Shown: positions 41,474 to 50,147, counted from the first letter of the stretch. The stretch is 64,000 nucleotides of DNA from an uncultured Acidobacteriota bacterium (GCA_963740275.1 CAVUDT010000004.1:638247-702246), one strand, 5' to 3'. Program-made: numbers and translations. The notes: generated from the sequence alone by a model not told the origin.

Positions 41474-41562
41474 CTTAAACAAGAGGTTAGAAGATCAGGA
41501 GACGCTCTGCTAAGAAGGGTCTCTTGAACTCTTGCCCTCCTGTGTAGAGTCACGCTCGGGAC
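41474..41562. repeat. Second solo copy of the intergenic element family
   Basis: cttaaacaagaggttagaagatcaggagacgctctgctaagaagggtctcttgaactcttgccctcctgtgtagagtcacgctcgggac. Shares the identical 12-mer cttgaactcttg and a similar 3' end with 36789-36879. Confidence 0.65.
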
Positions 41563-41580
41563 GACGATCACACACACGTT

Positions 41581-42948
41581 CTACTTCTTCTTCGCCGGCG
41601 CGGCGGCCGTGAGCAGGACGTCCCCCGGGCGAAGTTGACCCTCCACGAGCTCGGTCCAGTTGTCGTCCGCCAGCCCGGCCTCGACGGCGATCGGCACGAA
41701 GCGTCGATTCTCGAACTTCCACACATAGGCCTGCCTGATGCCGCTGTTCGATTTTTCCCGGGGCAATCGTGGAGGGTCGAGAATGGGAGGGTCCTGGTCC
41801 ACCTCGGCGAAGGCCTCGGCCGATGGACGGAACGCCAGGGCCTTGTTCGGGATGCGCACAACTCCCTGCCGCTCGCGACCAGCTAGATCGACGATCGCAG
41901 TACCACCGGGAGGGACCGCTCCTTCGGTGTTGTTCACATCGATCACGGCGGTGTAGGTGACGACGCCAGCTGACGAAGCAGTTGCTGTGGATGGCTGCGA
42001 TGGTGGTGCAGCTGCGCCGACTGGGGCGCCGGCTGGTGAGGTTGCCGCCGGCGTGGTTGGTGTTCCTGGCGGGCTGGCGGTGCCGGACGTGCCCGTCGGG
42101 GTCGGCGTGCCCGACCCGGCTCCCTGGCCCGAAGCGATCGCCTGCTCGACAACCGGCTGCAGCCGCACTGATGACACCGTGCCCGCGAACGTTTTTCCCG
42201 CGATCGACTCGACCTGGATGCTCACCCGGGATCCCGGCCGGACGCCGCCGACATCGGATTCGGGGATCTCCGCGAGCAGCTGCATCTGCCGCAGGTCCGC
42301 GACCGTGAACAGAAGCGGCGTTTGAACCGAGGCGGAAACCGTCTGCCCGACCTCGACCTCTCGGCTGATCACGATGCCATCGATCGGGGAGCGGACAATC
42401 GTGTGGTTCAGACCGACGCGGGCCTCTGCAACCGAGGCGCGCGCAGCATCAACGCCGGCGACGGCGGCCTTCACAGCGGCCGCCGCATCCCTTGCGGTCA
42501 ACCGTGCGAGATCGAGCTCCGCCGTGGGCACCAGGTCGTCGGCTGCCAGCTCCTCGACGCGATCGAGCTTCGTTCTTGCGTCGTCAGCTACAGCCCGCAG
42601 CCTGACAAGCTCGGAGCGCGACTGGGCGAGCCCGGCGCCGGCCTCGATCAACCGTGCCTCGTACAAGGACGGGTCCAGGCGCGCCACGATCTGTCCTGCC
42701 TTCACCGTGTCGTTGAAATCCACTTCGACCGACTGGATGGTGCCTGAGACCTGAGAGCCGATGGCGACCGTTCGCATCGGCTCGAGCGTGCCGGTGACCA
42801 TGATGCGACGGACGATCGGCCCGCTGGTGACTTCAGCGGTCGCGATTTCAATCGGTTCGGCTCCCGTGCGGCGCAGGAGCCCCACGGCGGCGAGCCCCAA
42901 CAAACCGGCCACCGCAACCAGCACGACCGTGCGGTGCTGCTTCACCAT
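41581..42948 (-). CDS. Periplasmic adaptor subunit (HlyD/MacA family) with a Pro/Thr/Ala-rich low-complexity insertion
   Basis: Frame of ORF 41581..42972, start at ATG 42948. TM anchor. GTLEPMRTVAIGSQVSGTIQSVEVDFNDTVKAGQIVARLDP (lipoyl-like), coiled-coil region. The insert GQGAGSGTPTPTGTSGTASPPGTPTTPAATSPAGAPVGAAAPPSQPSTATASSAG is encoded around 41962-42135. Confidence 0.8.
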   Translation of the reverse strand: MVKQHRTVVLVAVAGLLGLAAVGLLRRTGAEPIEIATAEVTSGPIVRRIMVTGTLEPMRTVAIGSQVSGTIQSVEVDFNDTVKAGQIVARLDPSLYEARLIEAGAGLAQSRSELVRLRAVADDARTKLDRVEELAADDLVPTAELDLARLTARDAAAAVKAAVAGVDAARASVAEARVGLNHTIVRSPIDGIVISREVEVGQTVSASVQTPLLFTVADLRQMQLLAEIPESDVGGVRPGSRVSIQVESIAGKTFAGTVSSVRLQPVVEQAIASGQGAGSGTPTPTGTSGTASPPGTPTTPAATSPAGAPVGAAAPPSQPSTATASSAGVVTYTAVIDVNNTEGAVPPGGTAIVDLAGRERQGVVRIPNKALAFRPSAEAFAEVDQDPPILDPPRLPREKSNSGIRQAYVWKFENRRFVPIAVEAGLADDNWTELVEGQLRPGDVLLTAAAPAKKK

Positions 42949-43033
42949 CCGACCAACATACGCCCGAACCACGCGTAACTGATGATGTAGCCGAACCAGT
43001 GGTTTACGAGACTAAACTCGACCGGAACCGCCT

Positions 43034-43059
43034 CGAGTATCCCGGTCTTGTTAACACTC
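43034..43059 (+). promoter_or_regulatory. Candidate ECF-type promoter (GGAAC-N16-GTCTT) upstream of the sigma/anti-sigma pair
   Basis: GGAAC at 43034-43038, GTCTT at 43055-43059, 20 nt before ATG 43079. This is pattern resemblance to generic ECF promoters only. Confidence 0.25.
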
Positions 43060-43078
43060 CAGCCCCGGCGAGCGTCCT

Positions 43079-43606
43079 GTGAGCAGCATGAGGTCCGATG
43101 AGGATCTCCCAGCCCTGGTGGACGCCGCCGCGCACGGCGACCGCGAGGCGTTCGGAGAGCTGTATGGCCGCTACAGCCGCGCCGTCCACGGCGTGCTCAT
43201 CACCCGTCTCCAGAGGGCCGACGCCGAGGACGTCGTGCACGACGTCTTCATGCATGCCTTCGCACACCTCAAGGACCTGCGCGAGCCGGCCGCGTTCGGG
43301 GGATGGATCTGCGCGATCGCCCGGCGGCGGGCCATCGATCATCATCGCCGCGCCCACCTCGTGTCACCGCTCGTGGACAACGTGGCCGCGAACGATCGGC
43401 CGGACGTGACGACGGAGGCTCGCCGCGCACTGGCCGCCATCCAGATGCTGCCGGAGGCCTACCGCGAGACGCTCGTGCTCCGCCTGGTCGAAGGGTTGAA
43501 CGGGCCGGAGATAGCGGCGCTGACCGGCCTCACCCCCGATTCGGTGCGGGTCAACCTTCACCGCGGTTTTCGGCTGCTGCGCACGCGCCTGGGAGGTCCC
43601 TCATGA
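43079..43606 (+). CDS. ECF sigma-70 family factor
   Basis: 175-aa ORF. DAEDVVHDVFMHAF (region 2). LPEAYRETLVLRLVEGLNGPEIAALTGLTPDSVRVNLHRG (region 4). Confidence 0.85.
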   Translation: MSSMRSDEDLPALVDAAAHGDREAFGELYGRYSRAVHGVLITRLQRADAEDVVHDVFMHAFAHLKDLREPAAFGGWICAIARRRAIDHHRRAHLVSPLVDNVAANDRPDVTTEARRALAAIQMLPEAYRETLVLRLVEGLNGPEIAALTGLTPDSVRVNLHRGFRLLRTRLGGPS

Positions 43607-44628
43607 CCATGCCCGAAGAGGATGATCGGATCGACGCATATCTCTGGGATCCCGCGGCGACGCCGGTTGGCGACGTGCAGGACCTCGAGCGGATGCTGGC
43701 GCCGGTGCGATTCGAACCCACCGGAACAGAGCTCGTATGGCCCGATCCCGTCATGGCCGTCCCCTCGCGTCGGCGCTGGGTGTACGGCCTCGCCGCCGCG
43801 GCGGCGCTGGTTCTGGCGTTCGGGGGAATGGCGGCGGCATGGCGCTGGTCCTGGCCGGCCGGCCGCGCGTGGACGATCGAGAGCGCAGGCGCGACTGTCC
43901 CCGGCCGGCTGACCGTCGGGTCAGCCTTGACCCTCTCGCCGTCGGAACGTGCGAGTGTCAGCATCGCGCGCATCGGGACGATGCAGGTCGAGGGAGACGC
44001 ACGGGTCACGTTGCAATCGACGCAAGGGACCCGTCATCGCCTGAGCCTCGACCGGGGGACCGTCCGCGTGAGGGTGTGGGCGCCTCCGGGCAGCGTGGTG
44101 TTCCGGACCCCCGCCGGCGAAGTCATCGACGTGGGGTGTGAGTTCGATCTCACGGCGGACGCGACCCGAAGCGTCGTGCGCGTGCGTTCGGGGTGGGTGC
44201 AGCTCGAAAACGGCATCGAGGAGACGCTCGTACCCGCCGGCGCGATGAGTGAAATGCGCCCGGGCCGCGCGCCGGGCGTGCCGGTGTTCCAGGATGCGGC
44301 CCCCGCGTTTCTCGCGGCCGTCCGTGCGCTCGAAGAGGGCCAGGACGCCGATCGAGCGTCGGCCCTGGCCGCGATCGTCGGCCTCGCCCGCCCCCGCGAT
44401 GTTCTGACGCTGCTCCTGCTGGTGGAGCGACGCACCCCCGGCAGCAACCAGATCGCGGCCCGCGCCGCCGAGTTGTGGCCTCCGCCCGACGACGTCACCG
44501 TCAACGGCGTGGTCCGCGGCGATCGCGACGGCCTGTGGCGCTGGCGCGACACGCTGCCGCTGCCGCCGTTGAAGGGCTGGATCCGGAACTGGCGCGACGC
44601 GCTGCCGGCCTGGCTCTCAGGCCGCTGA
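43603..44628 (+). CDS. Anti-sigma factor with FecR-like periplasmic domain
   Basis: Frame of ORF 43303..44628, start at ATG 43603 (ATGA overlap with the sigma stop). One TM segment (VYGLAAAAALVLAFGGMAAAW). FecR-like LDRGTVRVRVWAPPGSVVFRTPAGEVIDVGCEFDL. Confidence 0.7.
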   Translation: MTMPEEDDRIDAYLWDPAATPVGDVQDLERMLAPVRFEPTGTELVWPDPVMAVPSRRRWVYGLAAAAALVLAFGGMAAAWRWSWPAGRAWTIESAGATVPGRLTVGSALTLSPSERASVSIARIGTMQVEGDARVTLQSTQGTRHRLSLDRGTVRVRVWAPPGSVVFRTPAGEVIDVGCEFDLTADATRSVVRVRSGWVQLENGIEETLVPAGAMSEMRPGRAPGVPVFQDAAPAFLAAVRALEEGQDADRASALAAIVGLARPRDVLTLLLLVERRTPGSNQIAARAAELWPPPDDVTVNGVVRGDRDGLWRWRDTLPLPPLKGWIRNWRDALPAWLSGR

Positions 44629-44703
44629 GGAATACCGGCGCCATCGTCCATCTACGTTAACGGTCGCTCCCGGCGCTGCGTCTCTAGGGATGTGGAGGAT
44701 GTG

Positions 44704-45313
44704 ATGGACCGACGAATGTTTCTGGCGGCGCTTCCTGCGATCGCCGTCGCGCTCAGGGTGCCGGCCGTCGAAACGGCCCCGCCGCAGGATCTGGAGTTCA
44801 TCCGCGCCTGGGAACGCGCGCAGCAGCTGCGTCCGCGGACGCTGACGTCGTACGCCCGCATCGCGCCGGCGGGCGAGCCGGGCACCCCATCTGACCATCG
44901 CGGGGCGGCTGTTCGACCGCGACGGCCGCTCGCCCGCGCCGGGCATCACCGTGTTCGCGTATCACACCGATGCGCAGGGCAACTACGACGTGCGGTCGAA
45001 CGGTCCGCATTCGTGGCGCCTCAAAGGCTGGGCGCTGACCGACGCCGAGGGCCGCTTCCAATTCGGGACGATCCGGCCGGCGCCGTACCCGGGCCGAAAC
45101 GTCGCGGCGCACATCCACATCGGTCTCGAAGGCCCGCGACTGACGCGGCGATCGGCCGGAATCCTTTTCGACGGCGATCCGCTGATCACCCGCGAGGAGC
45201 GGGCGGAATCGATCAAGGCCGGGCAATTCGGATCGATCCTGCCGGTCATCGTGCGCGACGGCGTGCAGCAGGTGGACTACAGGATCAGGATCGCGGACGA
45301 ACACATGTTCTGA
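44704..45313 (+). pseudogene. Tat-signal intradiol-dioxygenase-like protein, frame disrupted as sequenced
   Basis: ORFs 44692..45399 (MDRRMFLAALPAIAVAL Tat-like signal ... GEPGTP) and 44951..45313 (FAYHTDAQGNY...RPAPYPGRNVAAHIHIG). Removing the T at about 44890 (ccaTctgacc) restores GEPGTPLTIAGRLFDRDGRSPAPGITVFAYHTD. Confidence 0.7.
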
Positions 45314-45349
45314 CGGCAGGCGCGTCACGAAGAGGCTACACTTCCACCC

Positions 45350-47744
45350 ATGATGTGGCTGGACGGTTTGTGGCAGGACCTGCGGCTCGGTCTCCGTAAC
45401 CTGTCGCGAAGCCCGGGGCTGGTCGTGGTCAGCGCGCTGTCCCTGGGGCTCGGAATCGGATTGAACGCGATCCTCTACATGGGCATCAGCACCATCTACG
45501 GTCATCAGCCGACGATGGCCGATCCGGATCGCGTGGTGGGCGTGGAACCAGGCAACGCGAACCAGTTTTCGTATCCGGACTATCAGGACCTGATCGGCAG
45601 CGGCATTTTCCAGGGGGCCTCAGGCTTCAGAACGGTCGGCCTCAATCTCGGGTCCGGACGCGACGTCACGCGCGCCGCCGGCATGGTCGTGACCGCGAAC
45701 TTCTTCGAAGTGCTCGGGATCAATCCCCTCCTCGGCCGGACGCTTTCGATCGCCGACGGCGGGCCCGAGCGCGAGCCGCGCGTGGCGATGGTCACCGCGG
45801 GATTCTGGCGGACCCACTTCGGGAGCGATCCCGCCGCCATCGGGAAGCCGCTCGTCGTCAACGGCGAGACCTTCGACGTTGTCGGTGTGCTGGGCGACGA
45901 CTATCGTCCGGTCACCGGCTGGATGGGCCCCGATGTATACGTTCCGCTCAGCCGGCTGACGCTGCCGGTGTTCGACAGCCGAAAAAGTCCGAGCCTCACC
46001 GTCCTCGGGAGGCTGGCGCCAGGCACCACCGCGCCGCAGGCGCAGCAGGCGGTCGCCGCGCTCAGCGCAAACCTGGAACGTGCGTATCCTGACCGCCTGC
46101 CGTCGAAGGGCCGGCCGGCGGCGGTGTTTCCCGTGGCGGCACTTCAGTTTCGCGGAACTCCGGCGCAGTTCAAGTTCCTCTCGACGATTGCGTGGATCAC
46201 GTCTGGCCTGGTGCTGCTCATCGCGTGCGTCAATGTCATGGGGCTGCTGATGGCCCGGGCGACGCAGCGACGGCGTGAGCTGGCGATTCGTGTGGCCCTG
46301 GGCGCCGCACGGGGACGGGTCGTCCGGGCGATGCTCGCCGAAAGCTTTTTGCTCGTCGGCGCCGGGGCGGCGGTCGGGCTGCCGCTCGCGGTCGCACTGA
46401 ACTTCGTGCCGTTCCCGGCCTCGATGTCGGCGCTGCAGGACGCGATGGCCCTCGACAGCCGGATCTGGCCGTTTGCCGGCGGGCTCGTCCTGCTGTCGAC
46501 GCTGGTCTGCGGACTGGTCCCGGCCATGCGGGCGACGCGGGGGGATGTCGTATCGGAGATCCGGCACGGCGGAGAGTCCGTCACGCCACGGATGCGGCTG
46601 CGGCAGATGCTGGTGGCCGGGCAGGTGGCGATGTCGCTGGTGTTGATCGTGGCGGCGCTACTCTGTGTGCGCAGCCAGATTCGAGATCGCCCGCGCCAAT
46701 CTCGGCTTCGACATCGATCATGGCGTGGTTGCCCGCTTCGGGCTCGAGCGCAACCAGTATCCGGGCCAGGAACGCGTCCGCTTCGCCGAGCGGCTGGTGG
46801 AACGCATCCAGGGCATTCCCGGTGTGTCGTCGGTCAGCGTGGCGAGTCTGGTGCCGCTCGGGGGGAACGCGCTGGTCAAGAGTTTTCACCCGGCCGGACG
46901 CACCGACATCCCCGGGACCCGTCCGGAGACCTACAGCGCCGGCCCCGGATATTTCCAGACACTCGGGATTCCGCTTCTGAAGGGGCGGGATTTCCAGACT
47001 TCTGATCGTGCCCAGGCGCCGGTCGTGGCGATCGTCAACGAGACGTTCGCCAGAACCTACTACCCCGGCAAGGAGGCCGTCGGCCAGCGCGTGCAGACGG
47101 TCGACGATCCGGAGGCGGAGGTGATCGGTGTGGTGCGCGACCATCGCATCGGCACGATCGGCGAGGCGCCAGCGTCGGTCGTCTACTACGCCTACGCCCA
47201 GCGTCCGTCGGAGTTGATCCTGCACGTTCGGACCGCCACCGCGCCCGATACACAGGTGGCAACCGTGCGCCGGGCCATCGACGAAATCGATGGGGCCGTC
47301 CCGGTCGGCGTGCAGACGCTGCGCGGCGCGACCAGCCTCGAGCTCACCATGCGACGAACCGGAACATTTCTCATGGGGATCATGGGCGGTGTGGGTCTGT
47401 TGCTGGCGGTGATCGGGCTTTACGGGGTGATGGCCTACGTCGCCGCGGCGCGGACCGCGGAGGTCGGCATCCGCATGGCGCTCGGTGCCTCGAGCCAGCG
47501 CATTCGGCGGGAAATGCTGCGTCGCGCGCTCAGGATAGTCGCGCCGGGCATCGGGCTGGGGGTGATGGCGTCACTGCTCATGATGCCGGCCTTCAGCACG
47601 TTCCTGGCCGGGGTGAGTCCTTTCGATCCGGTGGCTCTGGCCGGCGGAGCCGCGCTCCTGTTGCTGATCGGCCTGGCAGCCGGCTACCTGCCGGCGCGCC
47701 GGAGTGCCCGGCTCGACCCTATGCGCGCACTCCGACGGACGTAG
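45350..47744 (+). pseudogene. ADOP-family permease, frame disrupted as sequenced
   Basis: ORFs 45350..47005 and 46665..47744. WQDLRLGLRNLSRSPGLVVVSALSLGLGIG at the N-terminus, LPARRSARLDPMRALRRT at the C-terminus. The frames join at gcagCcagattc (46671-46680), consistent with a 1-nt insertion. Confidence 0.85.
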
Positions 47745-47748
47745 CCTC

Positions 47749-48651
47749 TCAGCGGGGTCGCGCCGGGAGGTTCCTGGCGTGGTAAACGTCGGCCGGTATC
47801 CGGTGGCCCATGTAGACGCGGCCCAGCAGGTCGAACAGCGTCGGGTCGTACGCCTTGAGGTCATCGGGCGTCTGAAGCCGCTTCGTCCCGTCAACCCACT
47901 CGTAGTTGGACCAGAACCACCACTGCGTGCCTTCCGCCCAGTATTCGTTGGCCGTCGTCTCCGCGTAGTGACCCTTGTACTGCCCGCGGGCCATCGCCGC
48001 CTTGTAGGCGGCCTGGATCTCTTCGTACAGCGGCGGGTCGGCCGTGCGGATCGCGTTCATGATGCCGTGGGACCACTCGTGCACCAGGATGTTCTCGCCG
48101 TAGTAGCGGGTGCCCGGATATCCGAGCACGTTCTCCTCGGCGCCGGTCGTGTAAACACCTCCGAGGCCACGCGCGCGGCGGTTCCAGTATTCCTGGTCGG
48201 TCAGGCTGGCGATGCCGCCCGGCTTGTCGTAGTTCTCGCGCTCGCGTCGCGTCAAGCGCGGATCGTCGAGCGCCGGCTTCTTTCGATTGCGTTGTTCGGG
48301 GATGTCGGTCGTCATCTCGGTGACCGCCATGATGCCGACCCGGAACTTCCTGGTGATCATCTCGCGGCGGATGTCAGGCCGGTTGCCGAGCATGAAGACG
48401 ACGATGTCGCGGGCCACGAGCAGCGCGGCGTCGGGGACCTTGTCGGAGCTGATGACCGGGATTCCGTGCGCATCGACATACTTCTTGTAGAAGGCGGGAT
48501 CGTACCCGAAGGCGGCCGGCACAGCGCCGACGGTGAATCTGCCGTAATCCTCGACGATGGGTTTCGCCGGGGGCTGCGGCGCCTGTTCCTGCGCCGTCGG
48601 CGCCAGGGTCCAGAACACGACGGCGGCTGCGATCAAGCCTGCGTTTTTCAT
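47749..48651 (-). CDS. Secreted HExxH metallopeptidase-like protein (possibly ATLF-like gluzincin)
   Basis: Frame of ORF 47749..48807, start at ATG 48651 (MKNAGLIAAAVVFWTLAPTAQ; AAGGAAGG upstream). LVHEWSHGI followed by TANEYWAEG, reminiscent of the HExxH...EFFAE arrangement of lethal-factor-like domains. This is my inference only. Confidence 0.55.
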   Translation of the reverse strand: MKNAGLIAAAVVFWTLAPTAQEQAPQPPAKPIVEDYGRFTVGAVPAAFGYDPAFYKKYVDAHGIPVISSDKVPDAALLVARDIVVFMLGNRPDIRREMITRKFRVGIMAVTEMTTDIPEQRNRKKPALDDPRLTRRERENYDKPGGIASLTDQEYWNRRARGLGGVYTTGAEENVLGYPGTRYYGENILVHEWSHGIMNAIRTADPPLYEEIQAAYKAAMARGQYKGHYAETTANEYWAEGTQWWFWSNYEWVDGTKRLQTPDDLKAYDPTLFDLLGRVYMGHRIPADVYHARNLPARPR

Positions 48652-48827
48652 CGAACCTTCCTTGCCATGCGCTCCGCGCGTGAGCGTAGCGGCACGGCCG
48701 GGCTCGCGCAAGAAGGACTTTCTTATGGCGGCATCAGGTCTTTTTTGACGAGTTTTCGGGCGTCGGTGTGCACGGCCGGCCCGCCTCATGGTCCGTGGAC
48801 ACACCATGCGAGGCTTGACCAGCCGTT

Positions 48828-48947
48828 TTAGCGCGTGTAGTACAAGACGACTGCGACGAGCGTCCCGGCAAACAGGACAAGCGTCAGACGTCTCGCTCGC
48901 GGATCGACGTCGTGTAGTTCAAATCTCACGTCCGTGGGCTTCGACAT
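48828..48947 (-). CDS. Possible 39-aa small membrane protein
   Basis: Below the ORF-track size cutoff. Minus-strand ATG (48947) preceded by GGAGGGAG. MSKPTDVRFELHDVDPRARRLTLVLFAGTLVAVVLYYTR, with one C-terminal TM helix. Confidence 0.3.
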   Translation of the reverse strand: MSKPTDVRFELHDVDPRARRLTLVLFAGTLVAVVLYYTR

Positions 48948-49033
48948 GCTCAGCTCCCTCCGACTCCGCTAGTAGGTGGGGTCTTCCGGCGGGGCAGGGC
49001 CCGACATCATAACAGGCCACCCAAGGACGCGGC

Positions 49034-49300
49034 TTACGCCTCGACCAGAATCACCAGTGTTTCGGGCACCACGCCATCATGGGCCATCGCCTCCGCAGCC
49101 GCCGGGCTCCGCATGACGGCGTTCAACGCATCCATGTCCGGCACATCCATCACCAAAGCCACTCTCTTCGGGTTCTGCGGATCCACGAACGTCCGGATGT
49201 TGGTGACGCCAAGCCGTCCAAACAGCTCCTTTCGCTTCGGCGAGCGCAGCCAATGATCCTGACCCTTTGTGATGTCGTGATATCCAACGATCGTCGGCAT
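49034..49300 (-). CDS. Small hypothetical protein (88 aa)
   Basis: Frame of ORF 49034..49330, start at ATG 49300 (MPTIVGYHDITKGQDHW...). No family confidently recognised. Lower GC by eye. Confidence 0.45.
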   Translation of the reverse strand: MPTIVGYHDITKGQDHWLRSPKRKELFGRLGVTNIRTFVDPQNPKRVALVMDVPDMDALNAVMRSPAAAEAMAHDGVVPETLVILVEA

Positions 49301-49745
49301 GTTGTCTCCTTTGTGAAGATGCCCCGGCATGCTACCACCGTGATGTGTGTGGGATGCAACAGGCTGGTGAGGGAGCGGGAGCGTAGCCCGAGGGGTGAGG
49401 GGTGGCTATGGCAATCCACGGCTCGGCGGTTCGTAGCCTGATCACATAGCAGCCGAACAGACCTCCATCGAATTCCAGATGACGACCAGCGGGGCCTCTC
49501 AGGTGCCGGAGTCACCCCAGATCCGCGATTAGGCAGATGGGGCCTGCCTGGTCGCGCAGTGTTTAGGCATCGACCAAAGGCCCGCGCCCGGAACGCGCCA
49601 ACGGGCTTTGTATAGGTCTAAGAACCCTTCTAAGAAACCAAACCCAACAGGTCCAGATCAGACCAGTCGTGCCCTCACGAACACGGTCGAAACACCCGCA
49701 TAAAACCTGGCGAAACCGCACGCTGTCGCATCAAGCGCAACGCCC

Positions 49746-50099
49746 ATGCTAAAATCGGTCGTTATGCTTTACTACCTGGCCGTGACCCTGTACGTGCTCG
49801 CCTGCCTGATGCTGCTGATGGTCGTTCTGCTCCAGCAGGGCAAGGGCGGAGACATGGCCAGCGCGTTCGGCGGAGGCGGGAGCCAGACGGCGTTCGGCGC
49901 CCGTGCCGGGGCCAGCGTCCTGACCCGCGCCACCACCGTGCTCGGCGTCCTGTTCATGCTCGGCGCCCTCCTGCTCGCCATCGTCGGTCAGCGTGGTCCG
50001 GGATCGCTGCTGAGCGGTGAGCCGGGCACGGCTCCAGCGCCCGCGCCTGCGTCGGCCCCGGCGACGCCGCCCGCGAAGCCGCAGCCGGAGAAGAAGTAG
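49746..50099 (+). CDS. secG: Preprotein translocase subunit SecG with Pro/Ala-rich C-terminal tail
   Basis: 117-aa ORF. Two TM helices flanking LLQQGKGGDMASAFGGGGSQTAFGARAG (SecG signature loop). Followed by tRNA-Leu(GAG) as in E. coli secG-leuU. Confidence 0.85.
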   Translation: MLKSVVMLYYLAVTLYVLACLMLLMVVLLQQGKGGDMASAFGGGGSQTAFGARAGASVLTRATTVLGVLFMLGALLLAIVGQRGPGSLLSGEPGTAPAPAPASAPATPPAKPQPEKK

Positions 50100-50147
50100 A
50101 TAGAATTGAAATCCAGTGCGGTCGTCAGACTGCGCTGCACCCTCCTC

